Source: an uncultured virus (IMG/VR IMGVR_UViG_3300016467_000248)
Lineage: Duplodnaviria; Heunggongvirae; Uroviricota; Caudoviricetes
IMG/VR virus record: IMGVR_UViG_3300016467_000248
DNA length: 20,000 nt
Reading direction: 5' to 3' (one strand)
Shown here: in pieces, positions 7,139 through 17,264 of the stretch
Layout: each line of letters begins with the position of its first letter
How positions within the stretch are numbered: position 1 is the stretch's first letter
The notes under the pieces: generated by a model
Told to the model about the DNA's origin: nothing
Databases searched by the model: none
Seen by the model: only the letters and a program-made list of their open reading frames with translations
Translations under genes and position numbers: made by a program

Positions 7139-9562
7139 ATGCCTGAAAACTCGCTCCAAGTTCTCCAGCTACGTCCGGGTGTCAACCGAGAAGGAACCAG
7201 CTATTCTGGTGAAGGCGGGTGGTATGACTGTGACAAGATTCGTTTTCGTTCCGGCCTGCCTGAAAAGCTCGGCGGTTGGATGTGGTACGGCGAAGGATCG
7301 TATCTTGGAACCTGCAGGCACTTTACGGAGTGGGCGTCACTTTCCAACTTTCTGCTGATTGGTGTTGGAACCAGCAGTCTGTACTACATCCTGAGCGGAG
7401 GCAAGTATTATGACATTACACCGCTCACGCGCACCGATTCATTACCCACAAATCCGCTGTATTCCATGTACAGCACGCTATCCGCGTCCATTTCAAGCAC
7501 GCTGGATGTCATTCCTATCAACTCATTGTCTGCAAATAACTTCGACCTAATAGCGCCGCTAGTTGTTCAGATTGGTAGTGAGCTAATTTATGTACCCGCT
7601 GTGGACGCAGGAAGCAGCACACTAGGGACAGCGGCCGCAGGCTGCACAAGGGGTTACCTAGGGACTACAGCGGCAACGCACACATCCGGAGACGCGGTAT
7701 CTAGTTCTTGGTTAGTGGTTAAAGACACAAGCAATGGCTCTTCCGCTGGCAGTGTTGTGAACATCTCTGGGGCGGTAAATCTTCTTGCTACAGAGTCTTC
7801 TAATATCCTAGTTACACAAGGCGGCACGCAACTCGCTACGCAGCAAGATGTCATCTTTGATGTTTATACAGCGTCTGATATTAACGGGGAGCACACTATC
7901 ACTGCGGCCAATGCGACGTACATAGCATTCGATACGGGTGTCTACTCAACGGCATCTGCGCAGGGCGGCGGTTCGGGTATGGCCGCAGCTTATTCATTAC
8001 CCGCTGGGCTCTACTATCAAGGCGTGCAACAGGGGTGGGGCGCTGGCCCTTGGAACAGTGATAGAGAATGGAATCAAGCATTTATTTCCACCAATTCAAT
8101 CTACCAGATGCGCTTGTGGAGCGCCCAGAATTTTGGGCAGGACTTATATTTTAACCCTCGTAACAGCGGCATATTCCATTGGGACGCCGCAACTAACCTT
8201 AATTCTGTAGGGCAAGTCACTGGGCGTGGCGTAGATATTACTAGCGCAACATTCTCAAATGTTACGTTGGATCAGATTGTCGTAGGGAATTATTATCAAA
8301 TCAGGAGCGTTGGTTCGACGACACAAGCCCAATGGAATACTCTCGCTGGCACTTCGGCTGTCACATATGCCGCGGGCGATAAATTTTTCTGTGCTGATGT
8401 CATTGCGTCGGGTTATGGTACGGGCATTGTATTTGACCCCGGCATTCCTTCTGTCGCCTCTTATACTATCTGTACTGACGAACGGCATATTGTGGCTTTT
8501 GGTTGTAACGACGCGGTGACGGAAGTTACTAAAGGAACGGCTGTTCAACAAGATACAATGTTCATCTCGTGGTGCGCTCAGGAACAACCACAGGTTTGGT
8601 GGCCGACACAGACTAATACCGCAGGGAGCTACCGCTTGACGGTAGGCAGTAAGATCATCACTGCAGCGCAGACGCGCCAAGAAACGCTGGTCTTTACGGA
8701 TTTGGCGGTGTACTCCATGCAGTACCTCGGTGCGCCGTATGTTTTTGGTTTCAACTTGATTGACCAGAACGCCACCATCGCATCACCCAATGCTTATGCT
8801 ACGGCGAACAACATCACCTACTGGATGGGTCAGGATAAGTTTTACATGTACAGCGGTAGGATGGACACCCTCCCTTGCGCATTGCGGCAATACGTTTTTG
8901 ATGACATTAACAGCGATCAGCTAGACCAAGTATACGCAGGAACAAACGAAAAATATAATGAAGTTTGGTGGTTCTACCCTTCTGGTGACTCCATAGTAAA
9001 CGATAGATATGTAGTTTATAACTATTTAGAAAATCTATGGTTCTATGGGCAAATGTCTCGTACTGCATGGTTAGATTCGTACGCCGTTGGCTACCCCCTA
9101 GGTGCTGTGCCCAATTTAGACGATCCCTTGCAGCCGTCCGGGATATCCGTAACTCACGAAGTTGGAGCTGATGATGGGTCGGTTAATCCTATCCAGCCAA
9201 TTTCTGCATACATCCAGTCTTCTGACTTTGACATTGGGCAGGGTGGCTATCAGTTCTCATTTGTTAAAAGAATCATTCCCGACATGGATTTCATTGGGTC
9301 TACGGTAAATGGTCCCAAGGCTATGATGACTTTGACAGCGCGAAACTACCCGGGTATAGGGGTTAATACAGACCCCATGCAAGCTACGACTAGCGATGTG
9401 AATGGCACAAAAGTAGACGTGCAGGTCTATGATTATACTGAACAGGCATGGATTCGAATTCGAGGCAGGCAGCTTCAGTTTCGCATTGAGAGCTCTGATC
9501 TAGGCGTACGGTGGCAGTTAGGTACCCCTAGGCTTCAGATTCAAGTAGACGGTAGACGGTAA
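7139..9562 (+). CDS. Tail nozzle / DNA stabilisation protein (P22 gp10 / tail tubular B-like, 807 aa)
   Basis: Size, position directly before the ejection genes, and propeller-like repeats. PG.N.E.T.Y..EGGW.D.DK.RFR.G.PEK.GGW N-terminus, EVWWFYPS...NDRYVVYNY..W..G...RTAW.D, and C-terminal R.RGRQ...W.LG..R....DGRR. Confidence 0.75.
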   Translation: MPENSLQVLQLRPGVNREGTSYSGEGGWYDCDKIRFRSGLPEKLGGWMWYGEGSYLGTCRHFTEWASLSNFLLIGVGTSSLYYILSGGKYYDITPLTRTDSLPTNPLYSMYSTLSASISSTLDVIPINSLSANNFDLIAPLVVQIGSELIYVPAVDAGSSTLGTAAAGCTRGYLGTTAATHTSGDAVSSSWLVVKDTSNGSSAGSVVNISGAVNLLATESSNILVTQGGTQLATQQDVIFDVYTASDINGEHTITAANATYIAFDTGVYSTASAQGGGSGMAAAYSLPAGLYYQGVQQGWGAGPWNSDREWNQAFISTNSIYQMRLWSAQNFGQDLYFNPRNSGIFHWDAATNLNSVGQVTGRGVDITSATFSNVTLDQIVVGNYYQIRSVGSTTQAQWNTLAGTSAVTYAAGDKFFCADVIASGYGTGIVFDPGIPSVASYTICTDERHIVAFGCNDAVTEVTKGTAVQQDTMFISWCAQEQPQVWWPTQTNTAGSYRLTVGSKIITAAQTRQETLVFTDLAVYSMQYLGAPYVFGFNLIDQNATIASPNAYATANNITYWMGQDKFYMYSGRMDTLPCALRQYVFDDINSDQLDQVYAGTNEKYNEVWWFYPSGDSIVNDRYVVYNYLENLWFYGQMSRTAWLDSYAVGYPLGAVPNLDDPLQPSGISVTHEVGADDGSVNPIQPISAYIQSSDFDIGQGGYQFSFVKRIIPDMDFIGSTVNGPKAMMTLTARNYPGIGVNTDPMQATTSDVNGTKVDVQVYDYTEQAWIRIRGRQLQFRIESSDLGVRWQLGTPRLQIQVDGRR

Positions 9563-10227
9563 TGGCCAATCGAAACCAACCCCCGTTAAACACTCTCCCC
9601 CTCCCTCCTATGGAGCATGATGTTCAGTATTTGAACAGCCTCGTGCGCTTGCTGAATAACAACTTCAACGCAATTAAAAATCCCGGTGCTTCACGAGTAA
9701 CTGCGCAGGTGATGACGGACGAACCCACCCTGCCTTATGACCAGAATACGGGACAGGCGCTTGAGGATGGCACGGTTTGGAATGATGAGGGTTTTTTAAA
9801 AATCTTGCCGGAAGGGAATCCGGGTAACGTCAATGCCAACATCGTCCGTGCTTTTACGGCGGTAGAGACGCCACTCATTATTTTTGATATGGCGACGTTG
9901 TCCAAGCTGCTTGCCTACAACAGCGCGGTTACGGCGTTGGAATACAATTCAGGATCGTTGGCCACCCCCTCTGCTGACTATGTGCGTCTGGGTGACACAG
10001 GTGATGTAGACATTACGGGATCATATTTTGTTGATGCTACGCAGGTCGTTACAAATCAGCAGGCGGCTATCCCAGATGCCACTTCTTTAGATCCTATTTC
10101 GGTTTCAGGCTCGGCTGACTTAATCACAGGCGCGGTTACAGGCACAGCTACGACATCCTCTAATGTCGTAGGCACGGTTAATAGTATTCTTTCAGCGCTT
10201 AGAGCGCATGGGCTCATCGCAACTTAA
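9562..10227 (+). CDS. Phage structural protein (needle/fibre-like, 221 aa)
   Basis: TAATG coupling. LPLPP.E.D.QYLN.LVR.L helical N-terminus and C-terminal QVV..QQAAI...VNSILSALRAHGLIA. Confidence 0.6.
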   Translation: MANRNQPPLNTLPLPPMEHDVQYLNSLVRLLNNNFNAIKNPGASRVTAQVMTDEPTLPYDQNTGQALEDGTVWNDEGFLKILPEGNPGNVNANIVRAFTAVETPLIIFDMATLSKLLAYNSAVTALEYNSGSLATPSADYVRLGDTGDVDITGSYFVDATQVVTNQQAAIPDATSLDPISVSGSADLITGAVTGTATTSSNVVGTVNSILSALRAHGLIAT

Positions 10228-10240
10228 TAAGGAGCTTTGC

Positions 10241-11314
10241 ATGACTTACGGACCCCTTTCTTCCGCGGCTAATATCGGCACCTCGATGTTGAGCACTTAT
10301 GCGGCTCCGGCTATTGAGGAATACCTGTCTGGCGCCATTGACTCGCCTTGGCTTAGAAAAGCCATTGCTGCGGGCCTGCCGGCTATTGCCGCAGGCGGGA
10401 TTGGCGCTGCGACAAGCGGTGACAAGTATGGGTGGATGAACGCACTCCCTGCTGGGATTATGGGCGCAATGAGTCTTCCGGGGGATCACGGTAACGCGGC
10501 ACAGCTGGCTGAAGCCAAGCGTACGATCTCCGATGCGGATCCCTCGACAATAACCAAAGGTCAGAAGCTGGGTGCTGATACCAACGCTATTAAGCAATAC
10601 GGCGGAATGCCTTCAACCGAGGACGTGTACCCAACCCCTGATATTCTTAAGGCCGCGGGCAAGTCAGAGACTCCCGCTAAGGACGTAGCAAAAGCCCCCA
10701 CCGCGGGTGGCGGCGAGGACATGGGAGGAGTTTTCGGGAAGCTGATGAGCACGCCTGAAGGGAAGATGATGGTCGCCATGATGCTGGGCAATACCTTCTC
10801 TGGACTCGCTACGACCGCTGGGACGGACGCCTACTACAACAAGCTGAATCGTCAGACCAATCAGGCCAACGCCCTCGTTGGCCAGCAACAACGCGCCTAT
10901 ATCAACAAAGCGCTCGGGTATGCTATGGGCGGCCCAGTGGCCCCCACTGTGGTGCGTAACCCGCAGCACATGTACCCTCAGTCAATGATACCTAAGGCTG
11001 ATCCACGCACTGGTGCGTCTCAGATAAAGCGTGAGGTGGTTACTCCGCCTGTTCAGTTCAAACACGGCGAGCTGGTTGGTCCCGGTGATGGTATGTCTGA
11101 CTCAATCGAAGCCAACATTGATGGCAAGCGCAAAGCCAAGGTCGCTACGGGTGAGTACGTAGTGCCGAAGGAAGCGGCTGAGAAGTATGGCGACAAGCTG
11201 AATAAGATGATGAAAGCGGTACGTGCCGCGGCCCACCCGAAGAAGGGTGAGCAGGTTAAGCAGGACGCTGCCAAGCGCGAGTTCATCCGTCAGATGTCTG
11301 GAGTCAAGGCGTGA
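10241..11314 (+). CDS. Putative internal virion / ejection protein (357 aa)
   Basis: TAAGGAG at 10228-10234 places the start at 10241. Gly/Ala hydrophobic segments, YAMGG, and C-terminal GPGDGMSDSI...GEYVVP domain. Confidence 0.65.
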   Translation: MTYGPLSSAANIGTSMLSTYAAPAIEEYLSGAIDSPWLRKAIAAGLPAIAAGGIGAATSGDKYGWMNALPAGIMGAMSLPGDHGNAAQLAEAKRTISDADPSTITKGQKLGADTNAIKQYGGMPSTEDVYPTPDILKAAGKSETPAKDVAKAPTAGGGEDMGGVFGKLMSTPEGKMMVAMMLGNTFSGLATTAGTDAYYNKLNRQTNQANALVGQQQRAYINKALGYAMGGPVAPTVVRNPQHMYPQSMIPKADPRTGASQIKREVVTPPVQFKHGELVGPGDGMSDSIEANIDGKRKAKVATGEYVVPKEAAEKYGDKLNKMMKAVRAAAHPKKGEQVKQDAAKREFIRQMSGVKA

Positions 11315-11744
11315 GCCAAGCACTCGATCGGGGCGAGTTCGTCACGAACTTCGGCCCCGTCCTCTCTGGACTCATCGAGTCTGGAGAGGTAGACCCGGGC
11401 ACACAAACCATCATTGAGTACACCACAGACGACCTTTACGGTCGTCGGTGTCAGATCCCCGAAGGGACCATCGCCCAGACGTACGTACATCGTACGGACC
11501 ATATTTCTATCTGCCTTCAAGGGACTGTCGTTCTGATAGATCAGGACGGCGTTCGAACCAAGGTAACCGCCCCAGACGTCTTTGTTACGAGTAAGGGCAC
11601 GCAGCGAGTTTTGCTTGCTGTTACTGACGTCGATTTCATCACGGTCCATTACCATCCTAATGCTGATTTGTCCAACATTGAGAATGACTTAGGATGCCGG
11701 TCTATGGCAGAATACAACCATCTAATTTCTCATGAGGTAGAGCC

Positions 11745-11748
<4 letters not shown>
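11311..11748 (+). CDS. Cupin-like (RmlC fold) phage protein
   Basis: GTGA overlap start. LYGR...IPEGT.....HRTDHISICLQG.V....APDVFVTSKGTQR...AVTD..FITVH fits the two-motif cupin barrel. Confidence 0.7.
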
Positions 11749-12489
<741 letters not shown>

Positions 12490-12497
<8 letters not shown>

Positions 12498-12903
12498 CGT
12501 TGGTCTTGTCAGCATAGGCGCGGTCCACGAATGGTGGGACCAAGCGGAGCCTTATATTGAAGGCTCATGCCGAGAAGCCAATACCGACCTCACTCCGCTT
12601 GAGGTCAAGATCAAAGTTTTAAGCGGTGAATGGACGCTCATTGTGGTCTTCGACGAAGACACACATCACATTGAAGGCGCCGTTGTCGTTCATGTCTACA
12701 ACAGGCTGACCGATCGAGTGGCTTTCATTACCGCTATTGGCGGGAAGTTCATCACCAACGGATATTCGTTCGAAAGACTCCGGGCGCTCCTCAAGGACAT
12801 GGGGGCGACGTGCATTGAGGGAAATGTCCGAGACTCAGTGCTCAAGCTGCTAGGCAGACTGGGCTTTGTAAAGAAATCAACCACGATTACCTACACTTTG
12901 TAG
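12490..12903 (+). CDS. GNAT-fold (acyltransferase-like) virion assembly protein, T7 gp13-like position
   Basis: ATG at 12490 overlaps the upstream stop region (GTG at 12484 is an alternative). W......I, beta hairpin, AFITAIGG, MGATCIEG.VR...KLL.RLGF: the C-terminal 'RLGF' pattern is GNAT-like. Confidence 0.55.
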
Positions 12904-12911
12904 AGGTTACT

Positions 12912-14276
12912 ATGGGCAGTCCTTCTCCAGCGTCCCCGGTTACGCAAACAACCCAAATCTCCCAGATGGATCCAAGGCTGTACCAGTGGCTTTACGGTAC
13001 GGCAAACTCTCCGGGACGACTGCAGATTGCCAACGCATCTATGCTGGGTAAGACCATGCAGGGCGTGCAGAACGCCGACCCTACGGCGCTCGCGGCTTGG
13101 TATAACGTACCGAAAGGCACTGATCTGGCCCAATTCCAGTCCCACACTGGCGCTATTAACCCCGGGCAGGCGGATCCCAGCCTCATGCAGTTCCCCGGAA
13201 AGTCTGTTACTCCTCAGGACTACTACAAGCAAGCAACCGCTGGAGAAAAGGAAGATAAAAAGAGCCCAACGTCAACCGCTATTGCGGCCGAAGGCGGAGA
13301 GTTAGATGCCTATGCACAGGGTGGGCGCCCAAAACCCAAGCCTAAAGCGGAGCAACTCGCTCAGCCTACCGCTGACTTAAACGAATATGGTTTAACTGCT
13401 TCTCAACAGAGACGGTGGGATAACTACGAAAAAATGCGTAATTCGGGTAAGAAATTTACCCAGCAGCAGATTCGTGACTACAACTCGATGCGCGATACGC
13501 GTACTCAGTATCAGCAAGCAAATCCTAAATCTTCTTCAGGGAACACTCCGCTGTCTCTTGCTGACGCTCAGATCGGCGTAACGCCTTATTTTGACCCTCA
13601 GAAGATGCAGTCAACCAATCCCTACTACAATCAGGCGATTGATGTTCTTCGAGGCATGGGTACTCAGCCCTCACAATATGGGCAGGCTACAGATTTGTAC
13701 GGCCAAGTCGGTAAGGCGTCATGGACTGACCCGGGTGTGGCACAGAGATACATGAATCCTTACATAGAGACGGCATTAAAGTCTCAGGAAGACCTCGCTA
13801 ATCGTCAATTTGCACAACAGCAGAATCAGCTTCGTAGTCAGGCGGCGGGTAGAGGAGCCTTTGGTGGATCCGCTTCAGCTTTAGCTGAACAAGCTTCGCA
13901 GCAGAATCAAAACTTGAATATGCAGAACCTTGTAGCCCAAGGGATGAACCAAGCCTACAGTCAAGGTATGGGGCAATTTGGTAACGAGCAGCAACAGCGT
14001 CTCGGGGCCGCTCAAGGCTTGGGCGGGATGGGAAATAGCATAGCAAACTACAACCAGAACCTTTTGCAGAACTGGGGAGCCGCAGGCAACACCCTGCAGA
14101 ACCTCGCTCAGAACTACTACAATCAGCGCCAGCAGAGCGCCCAGAACATCTGGGGTGGTGTCAACACCGCGACGCAGCCGGCGACGGGCACACTGCTCGG
14201 ATCTCCGTGGGGTACGTCCTATCAGGGCCAGTACCAGCAGCGTAAGAAGGGTGGCAAGCTGAGCATCAAAGTATGA
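12912..14276 (+). CDS. Internal virion / DNA transfer (pilot) protein (454 aa)
   Basis: GAGGT SD. MGS...TQTT N-terminus, YMNPY...GAFGGS motif and long Gln/Asn/Ala-rich helical region, typical of podovirus ejection proteins. Confidence 0.75.
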   Translation: MGSPSPASPVTQTTQISQMDPRLYQWLYGTANSPGRLQIANASMLGKTMQGVQNADPTALAAWYNVPKGTDLAQFQSHTGAINPGQADPSLMQFPGKSVTPQDYYKQATAGEKEDKKSPTSTAIAAEGGELDAYAQGGRPKPKPKAEQLAQPTADLNEYGLTASQQRRWDNYEKMRNSGKKFTQQQIRDYNSMRDTRTQYQQANPKSSSGNTPLSLADAQIGVTPYFDPQKMQSTNPYYNQAIDVLRGMGTQPSQYGQATDLYGQVGKASWTDPGVAQRYMNPYIETALKSQEDLANRQFAQQQNQLRSQAAGRGAFGGSASALAEQASQQNQNLNMQNLVAQGMNQAYSQGMGQFGNEQQQRLGAAQGLGGMGNSIANYNQNLLQNWGAAGNTLQNLAQNYYNQRQQSAQNIWGGVNTATQPATGTLLGSPWGTSYQGQYQQRKKGGKLSIKV

Positions 14277-17260
14277 AAAACCCAGTCCAGAAAATGTTAA
14301 AAGCCGCGAGCCAGATGAAGAACAATCCTCAGCTGGCTCAACGTGAAGCGCAGAGCCCGAACAAGGTCAATGCAATCGCCGCACAGATGGTCATCCCGGA
14401 GCAGCAGGCCATGCAGAATTCAAAACCTATCCCTCACCCTGTCGGTTCAGTCCTCATGCAGAAACTCGCGCAGGCGCAGCAGGCGGCTATGGCAGCCAAG
14501 ATGCCCCAGCCCAGTGAAGGCGGTATCGCTCAGATGGCCGCCAAGGGTGGCGTGTTGAAGTTTGCGAAGGCTGGTGAAGTCCCAAAGGGGCGTAGGGGTA
14601 GGAAGAAAACTGAAACTGTGGCACAGCAAACGCAGAAAGAGGATGTGCAAAAGTTTGTGCGGGATTTTGGCGCCGGCCCGAGTTCGGCCCCGCTTACAGA
14701 CCCTATGGTTGAGGCTTTTAACGCGGCAAGAAACGAATCTGTTGACACGCAAGTAGACGCCGCTAATCGTCAGAGGCAACAAGCCTTAGGCGAGGGGATT
14801 GGGAAATACCAAGAGGCGCTTGCTAAACAGGAAAGAGTCCGCCCCGAGGTGGAGGGCCTAAGGAGAATAGGAAAGAATGTTAAATCTGCGTCTACGATAA
14901 CTCCTGAGCGTAAAAAACGACAAGAAGCAATTAATACGCCTAAGCCTAAGAGAGACTTTCTATCTGCTGAAGACGTATCTGAGCAAGACCAACACGCTGC
15001 GGAAAGAGAAGCGTCCCGCGCTAGAGCTAATGAAAAGCGCATTGCGGCAAGGCGTGGTGACACTAGCTTGTTACAAAGTGCTGAAAAAGCGGCGCCATTA
15101 GACCCCAGCATGGCTAAGCTAGGTAGTTTACGTAGCAAAAATATTCCTTCCGCACAAGATGTAATAAAAGGAGAAATAAGGGGCAAATCCTCCGTCATAG
15201 GCGAGAAGGGCCGAGTAGTGCCTAGATATCCGGCGACTCCAGAGCAGAAAAGGCGACGCGCCAAGGTGTCCAGCGAGCTGGGCTTGCCCGAGAAAGGAGG
15301 CATTGCTTCTGCGGCTTCAAAAGAGGCTAGGGAATACATGGCTGGAAAAGAGCAGCCCGCAGCTCCTAAAACAGAAAAGCCAGCTCCCAAACCCGATATT
15401 TCTAGGGAAGAAGCGGATACTCGTTTGGCTTCAGCCCATGCTGAGGGACAACGTAAAAAGACTGCGCAATCCCCTGCCACCATGATGGGGGATATTAACG
15501 ATGCAGCGCACAGCATTATTACTTCTAACCCGGAATGGGCGGACAAAATAGCTAAGGCCAGCGCGGAGTTCAACGCTAAAAATCCTAATGCTACGACTTC
15601 TGAGCGAGGAGCATATCTTAGGAGCATAGCGCCGCAGGAGGCTATTGAATCTCTGCTTGGGCAACTTTCTCCCACGCTGGAAAAGCACGGCCTTCTATTC
15701 AGTAAGGAGGGCGGCATAGGCGCACCAATGATGGAGGCTATAGATGAAGTGGCGCCAAAAGCTACCCCCCAGAGCGCGTGGAATGAGCCTAAGGATTTCA
15801 AACGCCCCGCAGCCGGACCATCTAGATTAGGCGACACGATAGAAGGAGCTGTTAATAAAGGCGCCATGGGCTTGCAGGCCTACAGCGCTCTTGCGCCCAT
15901 AGCTAACGTAGCGTTGGATCCTAATAAATCCAAAGCAGATGTTGCGAGAGAAGCTAAGTATCAGGCTGTGCAATCGAGCCCAACTATCGGCATAGGAAGT
16001 GCCGTGGGAAGCGGAATCGGAGAGAGCATAGATAAAGTTAACGAGTGGTTGGGCCGTCCTAAAACGGACTATGGCGCTGCTCTGTCTGCGTTGGGAGCCT
16101 ATGGCGGCAAAGGTTTCTCTGGGCTCACGCGCGATGTTATGCGTGGCAAGGGAGACGAGTCTCCTAACTTAACTGCTAAACAAACCCTTCCAAGCGTAGG
16201 GTCTCTAGTAGATACCGGAGTAGAAAAAGCCAAAGGCCTGTACAGCGGCATCGAGAAAGCCATGATGGACGAGCGCCTTCCCGCTGATAGAGAAAGGGAA
16301 GAAGAGTTACAAGCCCTTTTGGCGCAGGAAGAAGCCTCGCGTGGGGCTCCTGCAACACAGCAGACTGCAGCACCATCTACGCCCAGCGGAACCGCTACGC
16401 CTGTCGATAAAACGGCATTGTCAAGGGTCGGTAAAACGGCAAACCCAATGCCGTCAATGACGGAACAAAATCCTCAAGGTAGAGCACCAGCTGGACAAAC
16501 CGTGGGTTATCAGCCCTCAGCTGGCGGAGCAGCTGCTCCGTCTGCACCGCAGGCTCCTAGAGCTGAAACGCAAGCCACTCAGGACCAGTATGCCGGAGAC
16601 ACGAGCGAAGGCACGCCAGAAGGCGCCGTACGCGAACTGATGAAGCTCCGTGGGCCCGGGTATTCTTACTCTCCAGAAGTCATGGGTATGTTGAAAGACG
16701 CCCGGGATGAGGACAGGCAGGCTACCGCGCTCAGTATGCTGGCTGGAATTGGTGCTGGTCTGGCCAACCGTGATCGGTATGCTGGCGCTCATGACGCCGC
16801 TCTTCTGGCTAATCAGGCCTTTACTTCTGGTCGTGAGCGGGAAGACGCAGCACAGCAGCGGTTCCTGCAGGGCATCATTCATAACGAGCAAGTGCCGTTC
16901 GAACAGCGTCAAGCAGCGTACGAGATGTACACCAAGATGCAGATGGCTGCGGCTCAGAATGAGGCGTTGTATGGTCGAGCGCTGCTTAGCTCGGACGCGC
17001 GGAGGTACGCGGCCAACATGGGGTATGCGGGACGAGTCGCGAGCGGAGGTGGAAGAGACTGGGCTGAAAAGCAAGACATCGAAGGGCTCCATATCATGCT
17101 TAAGTCCATAGACAAAGAGCTGGAATCTAATCCGAACGACCCTTTTCTAACGGCTCAAGCGAAAGAAATTAGAAATAGGCTGGCTAACCTAAGCGGCCTA
17201 TCCGGTGGTAAAGAATTAGGGCAAACTGCACAAAAGCCTATTGACCTCGACATAAGGTAA
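14273..17260 (+). CDS. Large internal virion / ejection protein (995 aa)
   Basis: ATGA overlap. Q/A/M-rich N-terminus with EGGIA..AAKGG...FA, charged low-complexity middle, C-terminal L.MLAGIGAGLA segment plus coiled coil. Lies between the pilot and SLT genes. Confidence 0.7.
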   Translation: MKNPVQKMLKAASQMKNNPQLAQREAQSPNKVNAIAAQMVIPEQQAMQNSKPIPHPVGSVLMQKLAQAQQAAMAAKMPQPSEGGIAQMAAKGGVLKFAKAGEVPKGRRGRKKTETVAQQTQKEDVQKFVRDFGAGPSSAPLTDPMVEAFNAARNESVDTQVDAANRQRQQALGEGIGKYQEALAKQERVRPEVEGLRRIGKNVKSASTITPERKKRQEAINTPKPKRDFLSAEDVSEQDQHAAEREASRARANEKRIAARRGDTSLLQSAEKAAPLDPSMAKLGSLRSKNIPSAQDVIKGEIRGKSSVIGEKGRVVPRYPATPEQKRRRAKVSSELGLPEKGGIASAASKEAREYMAGKEQPAAPKTEKPAPKPDISREEADTRLASAHAEGQRKKTAQSPATMMGDINDAAHSIITSNPEWADKIAKASAEFNAKNPNATTSERGAYLRSIAPQEAIESLLGQLSPTLEKHGLLFSKEGGIGAPMMEAIDEVAPKATPQSAWNEPKDFKRPAAGPSRLGDTIEGAVNKGAMGLQAYSALAPIANVALDPNKSKADVAREAKYQAVQSSPTIGIGSAVGSGIGESIDKVNEWLGRPKTDYGAALSALGAYGGKGFSGLTRDVMRGKGDESPNLTAKQTLPSVGSLVDTGVEKAKGLYSGIEKAMMDERLPADREREEELQALLAQEEASRGAPATQQTAAPSTPSGTATPVDKTALSRVGKTANPMPSMTEQNPQGRAPAGQTVGYQPSAGGAAAPSAPQAPRAETQATQDQYAGDTSEGTPEGAVRELMKLRGPGYSYSPEVMGMLKDARDEDRQATALSMLAGIGAGLANRDRYAGAHDAALLANQAFTSGREREDAAQQRFLQGIIHNEQVPFEQRQAAYEMYTKMQMAAAQNEALYGRALLSSDARRYAANMGYAGRVASGGGRDWAEKQDIEGLHIMLKSIDKELESNPNDPFLTAQAKEIRNRLANLSGLSGGKELGQTAQKPIDLDIR

Positions 17261-17264
17261 ACGC

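Noticed and set aside
14770..15867. 365-aa minus-strand ORF, and the other minus-strand ORFs in the track
   Set aside because: These are antisense shadows of long plus-strand genes with no recognisable motifs. The plus strand is already fully tiled by coupled genes.
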